Assembly (NCBI GenBank): GCA_951406725.2
Contig: OX597825.1
Location: 84,878,001 to 84,942,000 of the forward strand
DNA: 64,000 nucleotides
Origin: Octopus vulgaris
Lineage: Eukaryota
Direction of reading: 5' to 3'
Shown: positions 56,689-64,000 of the stretch, one piece after another
Position numbering within the stretch: the stretch's first letter is position 1
Layout of the letters: each line of letters starts with the position of its first letter
Notes under the pieces: generated by a model
Told to the model about the DNA's origin: nothing
What the model saw: the letters and a program-made list of their open reading frames with translations, nothing else
Database searches by the model: none
Program-made: the position numbers and the translations under genes

Positions 56689-56987
56689 GGAGGGGCAATG
56701 GCCCAGTGGTTAGGGCAGCGGACTCGCGGCAGGGGATGGTGGTGATCCCTGCTGTACTCTTTCACCACAACATTCTCTCACTCTTACTTCCTGTTTCTGT
56801 TGTACCTGTATTTCAAAAGGCCGGCCTTGTCACTCTCTGTGTCACGCTGAATATCCCCGAGAACTACGTTAAGGGTACACGTGTCTGTGGAGTGCTCAGC
56901 CACTTACACGTTAATTTCACGAGCAGGCTGTTCCGTTGATTCGGATCAACCGGAACCCTCGTCGTCGTAACCGACGGAGTGCTTCCA

Positions 56988-57030
<43 letters not shown>
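56689..57030 (+). mobile_element. tRNA-derived SINE of a third family with (ATT)n tail
   Basis: ggaggggcaatggcccagtggttagggcagcggactc (A-box/D-arm), no intact B-box, CpG-retaining body, ends gtgcttccac(att)n. Confidence 0.65.
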
Positions 57031-57031
<1 letters not shown>

Positions 57032-57491
57032 CTCGGGTAGACCTTGATTACCGGTTTCCCAATGCATGAATAGATACTGTTCCTCTATATACATCATTGA
57101 TGAAATATACTGTTGTTATTCCGCTGCTGAGCATCTCTCACAGGTGAACCCACAGTAGGGCGAAATCACGTGATCGGGCATGTCTGGTAGCTGTATCAGA
57201 CTGTTCTTGTCAGCGATATAATTACGAGTGCTTCTATGCACCACGAGACCATAAGAAAGTACTCTCAAGGGAGATCACTCAGTATTCTGTGTTCTAACAC
57301 AGCCTATACCCATAGTTGGATATCAAGATTCCCTTTTAACACCGATACTGTTGTTGTTACTTTTGATTATTCACAATAAAATATTGATAATATGAAGAAA
57401 AAGGATGAGGAAAACAGGCTGGGAGAGGTGGATGCGTTAGAAGCTGTACAAAGGCAACAACAACAACAATAATAATAATAATAGTGTCAAA

Positions 57492-57731
57492 ATTAAAAGA
57501 AGAATACCATTGTCATCTAGTGAACGATATTTCAACATTTAATTGTGACTCTATATCCTCTGGAACAGTTAGCTCAATCCCTTATATATTAACGAAAAGG
57601 AATTAGATTCACAAAATTATTTTTCGAACCAGTTGAAGACACACAAGATGTCGAAATATCGTTCGCTAGCTGACAATGTCACTCTTCTTTTAATGTTAAC
57701 TCTATATCTCCTGGAAAAGTTACCTCAATCC
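57492..57731. repeat. Combined inverted and direct repeat (A'-B-spacer-A-B), Penelope pLTR-like
   Basis: 57492-57538 is inverted to 57648-57694; 57548-57580 is a direct repeat of 57699-57731; embedded between AAT microsatellites. Confidence 0.7.
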
Positions 57732-57737
57732 TATATA

Positions 57738-58740
<1,003 letters not shown>

Positions 58741-58749
58741 CAGAATCCT

Positions 58750-59132
58750 TCGAAAGCTATGATGCCTCGGGTCGAGTTTTCTAATATCTCCTCGAGGCGA
58801 TCAATGGTTTATGAGTAGATTCGAGATATGGAAACTGAAAGCCGGCCATCGTAGATATACATGTGTGTGTGTGTATGTGTTCGTGTTTCAGTGGGCGTGT
58901 GTGGATACATGTGTTTATGACTTTGTGTGTGACTTTGCCCTCTGCCGCCACTACTTAACAGCAAGTCTAGGTTTGTTTTCGTTCTCATAACATAGCGGTT
59001 CAGCAAAAGGACTGACAGTATAGGTACACAGCTTTTTAAAAAATAAGTGCAGTGTATCCATTCGACTAAAGAATCTTGTTGACGGTATCCCAGCATGGCC
59101 GCAGTCTAGTGATAGAAATATGTAAAAGAGGA
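58750..59132 (+). mobile_element. SINE family A, degenerate
   Basis: ggaaactgaaagcc...agcggttcagcaaaag...ccagcatggccgcagtc. Confidence 0.65.
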
Positions 59133-59693
59133 AAACATACCTCTATGCTTACACACAAACACACACACTCACACACATATATATACTTATGCTTTCGTTT
59201 ACCATGAACTTCGCTTCAACGCTTTGTTCTTCCGTTATTCCTGTTTTTATTTTCGATTTAATTATTTTTCTTACGTCATCTTCTGCCACTGCTGCTGCCG
59301 AGGCTGTTGCAATTCCTGTTCCTGCGGCCATTATTGCGGCATCACTTATTTCAAAATATCATGACAAATATATCTCCCGGCTATTCACAATATAACATGC
59401 GTCTTCTTCCGTTGCTCGCAGGCAAACACGCGCTAATCTTCGCATCCAATTGTTGCTGCTTTCTTTCCTCTTTTGTTCTGCGTTTGTCATTAAGGCGTTT
59501 GTCACTTCTTAAAAACCTCAATTTCTTTATATTCTTTTTGAAGTAAATCACAGATGAATTTTTCACTTCCTCTGGAGAAGGAAACCTAACTGAATCACTA
59601 TGGAAGCCTGGCGGGAAATTAATTGACATTGTTTACAGTAAAGAGGCAGAAAGCAAACTGAAACATGACTAATAATATTTGATGGGTTTTTTG

Positions 59694-59724
<31 letters not shown>

Positions 59725-60158
59725 CGTCGTCGTCGTCGTGGTGATTATGATGATGGTGATGATGATGACGATGATGATGAGGAGGAGGATGAGGATGATG
59801 ATGATCATGATCATGATCATCATCATCATTATCATCATCAACATCGTCATTATCATTAGAAAATCGGAAAAAATACTTTCTGTTATTTGTTTTAGTTTTT
59901 TACGTCTCGAGTTCAATTCCTGACGAGTCGGTCCTAGCTTACAAGTTCGTTACAAGGGGCTACAAATGTTCAGGAATCGGGTATCTTCCTGACGCTTTAT
60001 CTTATAGATTCTGAAAGGAGCGAAGACAACGCTGACCCTCGGCGGTATTTCAACACTACGTGAATAGCCGGCAGAGATGCCGCTAATGATTCTGCCAGCT
60101 AGCCACTGCAGTAGCAGTGGTAGTAGTAGTAGTAGCAGCAGCTGCAGCAGTAGCATTG

Positions 60159-60189
<31 letters not shown>

Positions 60190-60190
60190 C

Positions 60191-60230
<40 letters not shown>

Positions 60231-60584
60231 ACAACAACAACAGATAGTAAAAGTGTAGTGTTTTATGAAAGGCAGCTGTGACCATTATATGGATTGATTG
60301 CCCGAAGCGTTTACCACTTTTGGAGATTCTGGTTCCTCTCAATGCAATATCATGATTAGCAATAAGATTAACTAACAATACTGTAAATGACGAAATGAGC
60401 AGGTATATCAAACATGCTAAAGATTACCTGAAGGGAAAGTAATTTCACAAAAGAGGGAATCGGAGAAAATTGAAATTAATCTTTATTATAAGACTAATGA
60501 TGTGAAGGGTCAATATTTGTGTCATTTTCTCTCCCTTCCCCTAATTTTCGATGGCATATCTAGGCCCTGCTTTATTTCTGAGCA

Positions 60585-60977
<393 letters not shown>

Positions 60978-61529
60978 CTTTCCTTCTCTGTATACACACT
61001 TGTATGTATGTGTGCGTGCGTGGGAGATGTATGCGTGTATAACGTAAAAGACTAGAAAGTTGGAATTCGGGCAGGTGCATTATTAGCATTCTGGCATAAT
61101 CCAGATCTGGCTACCGCATCGAACGATAAACTATTCCACGGTACTTCACTCGATACGCAAATCTTGTGTTCCCTTTAATGGGTTTCATACAGCATACCAG
61201 AGAACATAATCAAAATCTCATAATGAGGAAGAGAGAATGATACATTGTCAAAATTTGCTTTCTACAGCATTTCTCTTATTAAATTCCACTGCGACACGTG
61301 TTTCGGCCCGATAAGTATCGTACCGTCTTTTGATGTAGCATTTCTGGTCATTTAGTTAATTCACTTGCAGTACAATTTCATCCAAGGTAGACTGTACTTG
61401 CACAGATTTTTCTACAAGATTTTTGCCCATGCATGTGGATTAAGTAAACGGAGGATTAAAGCGTTAGATTGTCCTTGTTGATATATATTTTAGCAGAGAT
61501 ATCAAAATATATTGGGGTACATAACACGA

Positions 61530-61738
61530 CGGGTTGGCAGAAACGTTAGAACGTTGGGCGAAATGCTTAGCGGAATTTCGTTTGTCTTTACGTTCTGAGT
61601 TGAAAACTCGTCGAGGTCGACTTTGCCTTTCATCCTTTCGAGATCGATGAATTGAGTACCAGTTGCGTACTGGGGTCGATCTAATCAACTGGACCCCTCC
61701 CGCCAAAATTCGGGCCCTGTGTCTAGAATAATAAAGAA
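61530..61738 (+). mobile_element. SINE family B (tail type 1)
   Basis: ttggcagaaacgttag...gaggtcgactttgcctttcatcctttcg...ccctcccgccaaaattcgggccctgtg. Confidence 0.8.
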
Positions 61739-62310
61739 TGAAATTCGAACGCCCTCGCCCCCCGCAAAAAAAATTAAGACTTTAAAAAAAAACGCAATAT
61801 AATTATCAAGGGGTCAGCTACTTGTAGATGTCACTTGTCACTTAGCTATTTTTGTTCGTGTTTACGTATATTTCACGTTACTAAAACGGTTGATGCTTAT
61901 GTGATCGTTCCTTTCTTTACGCACCGCACAGTTACCATCGACATCGCTGATTTCGTGTAATCGTGAATAGCGCCATCATCATCATCATAACCATCATCAA
62001 CACCTTTATTGTTCCGTATATATTTATAGTCTGATCACATAACGCAATCACACACGGCACACACAGACACACACAAACACATAAACACAGATAAAAACGC
62101 ACACACATACTAAGCTAGAAATACACATATACACACACATATATATTTCTGCATAGTTATGCATAGTTATATATAACATATATATATATATATATAAATA
62201 TGTATTTATAATTTTATATATATATATATATATATTATGTATGTATCTATGTATGTATGTATAAACATACTTATACATTATATATATATGTATATATATA
62301 TAGATGGGTG

Positions 62311-62357
<47 letters not shown>

Positions 62358-62456
62358 TTATATAGGTACACAGATTCATACAACCGCATACATTCAAAGA
62401 TGTTCTCTTATACACATGTAACAAACACACACATATATATATATACATACACACAT

Positions 62457-62519
<63 letters not shown>

Positions 62520-62775
62520 CACATACTGACATATATACATATATACATATACACACGCACGCACTCACGCGCACACACACACACACACACATACACGCAC
62601 ATATATAGTCAGAATATTATTTTCACTTTCCTTTGTTCTGATGTCTTAACTGTTTATTGCGATATCAACGAATTCCTTTCAACTTTGCTGATTCAATCGC
62701 GTTTATATCTTGTTTGTTTTAATGTTGAATAAAAACGTGACTGTGTGTGTGGCTTTATGTGTCTGCGTATGTGTG

Positions 62776-62808
<33 letters not shown>

Positions 62809-62886
62809 CTGTGTATGTGTGATTGTGTATATGTGTGTGTTTGTGTGATTGTGTATATGTGTGTGTTTGTGTGATTGTGTATATGT

Positions 62887-62968
<82 letters not shown>

Positions 62969-63193
62969 TTCGACGGTGTTTCGGTTTCTGTGCCCTACTT
63001 CTGTATGTGTGCTGTTTTGTAGGTCTCTACACGACCAGAAATATCGTACTGCAATATATTGAGATTATTTTAATTTTGCATAAATTATTTTCTTTCACCC
63101 AAGTTTCTGATTGGAGTATTTCAAACATATTTTTTTTTTTGCCATAAGTATACATCTATGCAAATATGAGCGTTTGATCACGTGTATATTTAT

Positions 63194-63301
<108 letters not shown>

Positions 63302-63304
63302 TAT

Positions 63305-63336
<32 letters not shown>

Positions 63337-63378
63337 CCACGTGTATATTTATCCACATATATATATGTGTGTATATTA

Positions 63379-63436
<58 letters not shown>

Positions 63437-63451
63437 CGTGTATATTTATCC

Positions 63452-63485
<34 letters not shown>

Positions 63486-63540
63486 AAGTGTGCACACGCA
63501 CACCTTCACACACGTGCACACACACACACACACACACATA

Positions 63541-63900
63541 GGCGCAAGCATTGCTATGTGGTAGAAAGTTTACTTCCCACCTGCATAGTGCGGTGTTCAG
63601 TCCCACTGCATGGCAATGTCTTCTACCACAGTTCTGGGCCAACCAAAGCTTTATGGGTGGTTGTTTGTGTATGTGTGATTATATGTGTGTCTTTGTGTAT
63701 ATGTTTGCCCCACCATCACCATCACCACTACCAACATCACCTCACAACCAATATTGGTTTGTTTACGTCCCCGCATCTACAAGTTCAGCATAAGAGACCG
63801 ATAGGATAAGTACCCTATTTAAGAATATAAGTTCTGGGGCCGATTCATTCGACTAAAATTTTCAGTTTGGCCGTAGTCTAATGACTGAAGCAGGTAAAAC
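63541..63900 (+). mobile_element. SINE family A copy
   Basis: ggcgcaagcattgctatgtggtag...gttcagtcccactgc...gtttacgtcccc...taatgactgaa. Confidence 0.8.
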
Positions 63901-64000
63901 ATGTAACAAAAATTGTATACGCGTGTTTGTGTGTGCAAGTGTGTGTGTATGTGTGTGCAAGTGTGTGTGTATGTTTGTATGTGTGTGTGTCTGTGTATGC

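Noticed and set aside
55330-57330. R4/Dong-like LINE fragments (IV.GAL near 55330; RKVLS near 57255)
   Set aside because: Motifs are too short and degenerate to support a call without a library search.
60310-60430. Acceptor-like ttcccttcag followed by hydrophobic LIYLLISSFTVLLVNL
   Set aside because: All three frames after the AG hit a stop; no homology to receptor exons.

Overview
AT-rich, repeat-dominated animal genomic DNA. The dense (TA)n/(CA)n/(ACAT)n/(ATCT)n/(AAT)n/(ATC)n microsatellites and the tRNA-derived SINE families suggest an octopus or other coleoid cephalopod; this is an inference, not a database result. Only one host protein-coding segment is well supported: the terminal exon (minus strand, 48012-47435) of a Cys-loop, nicotinic acetylcholine receptor-like subunit, encoding M3, the cytoplasmic loop, M4 and the stop. 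I found no upstream exons in the remaining 16 kb. Almost all other listed ORFs are microsatellite artefacts. The rest of the window is transposon relics: two abundant SINE families, a head-to-head palindromic mariner, DD37D/maT fragments, a CMC/Chapaev-like transposase relic, an L1/Tx1-like 3' end, a probable Helitron end and several self-inverted, possibly Penelope-like repeats. The most notable observations are a SINE subfamily whose 3' tail matches the L1/Tx1-like 3' end, a structured self-inverted repeat family inside the presumed receptor intron, and the mariner built from two 3' halves. I found no supportable novel multi-gene system. Repeat boundaries are approximate.
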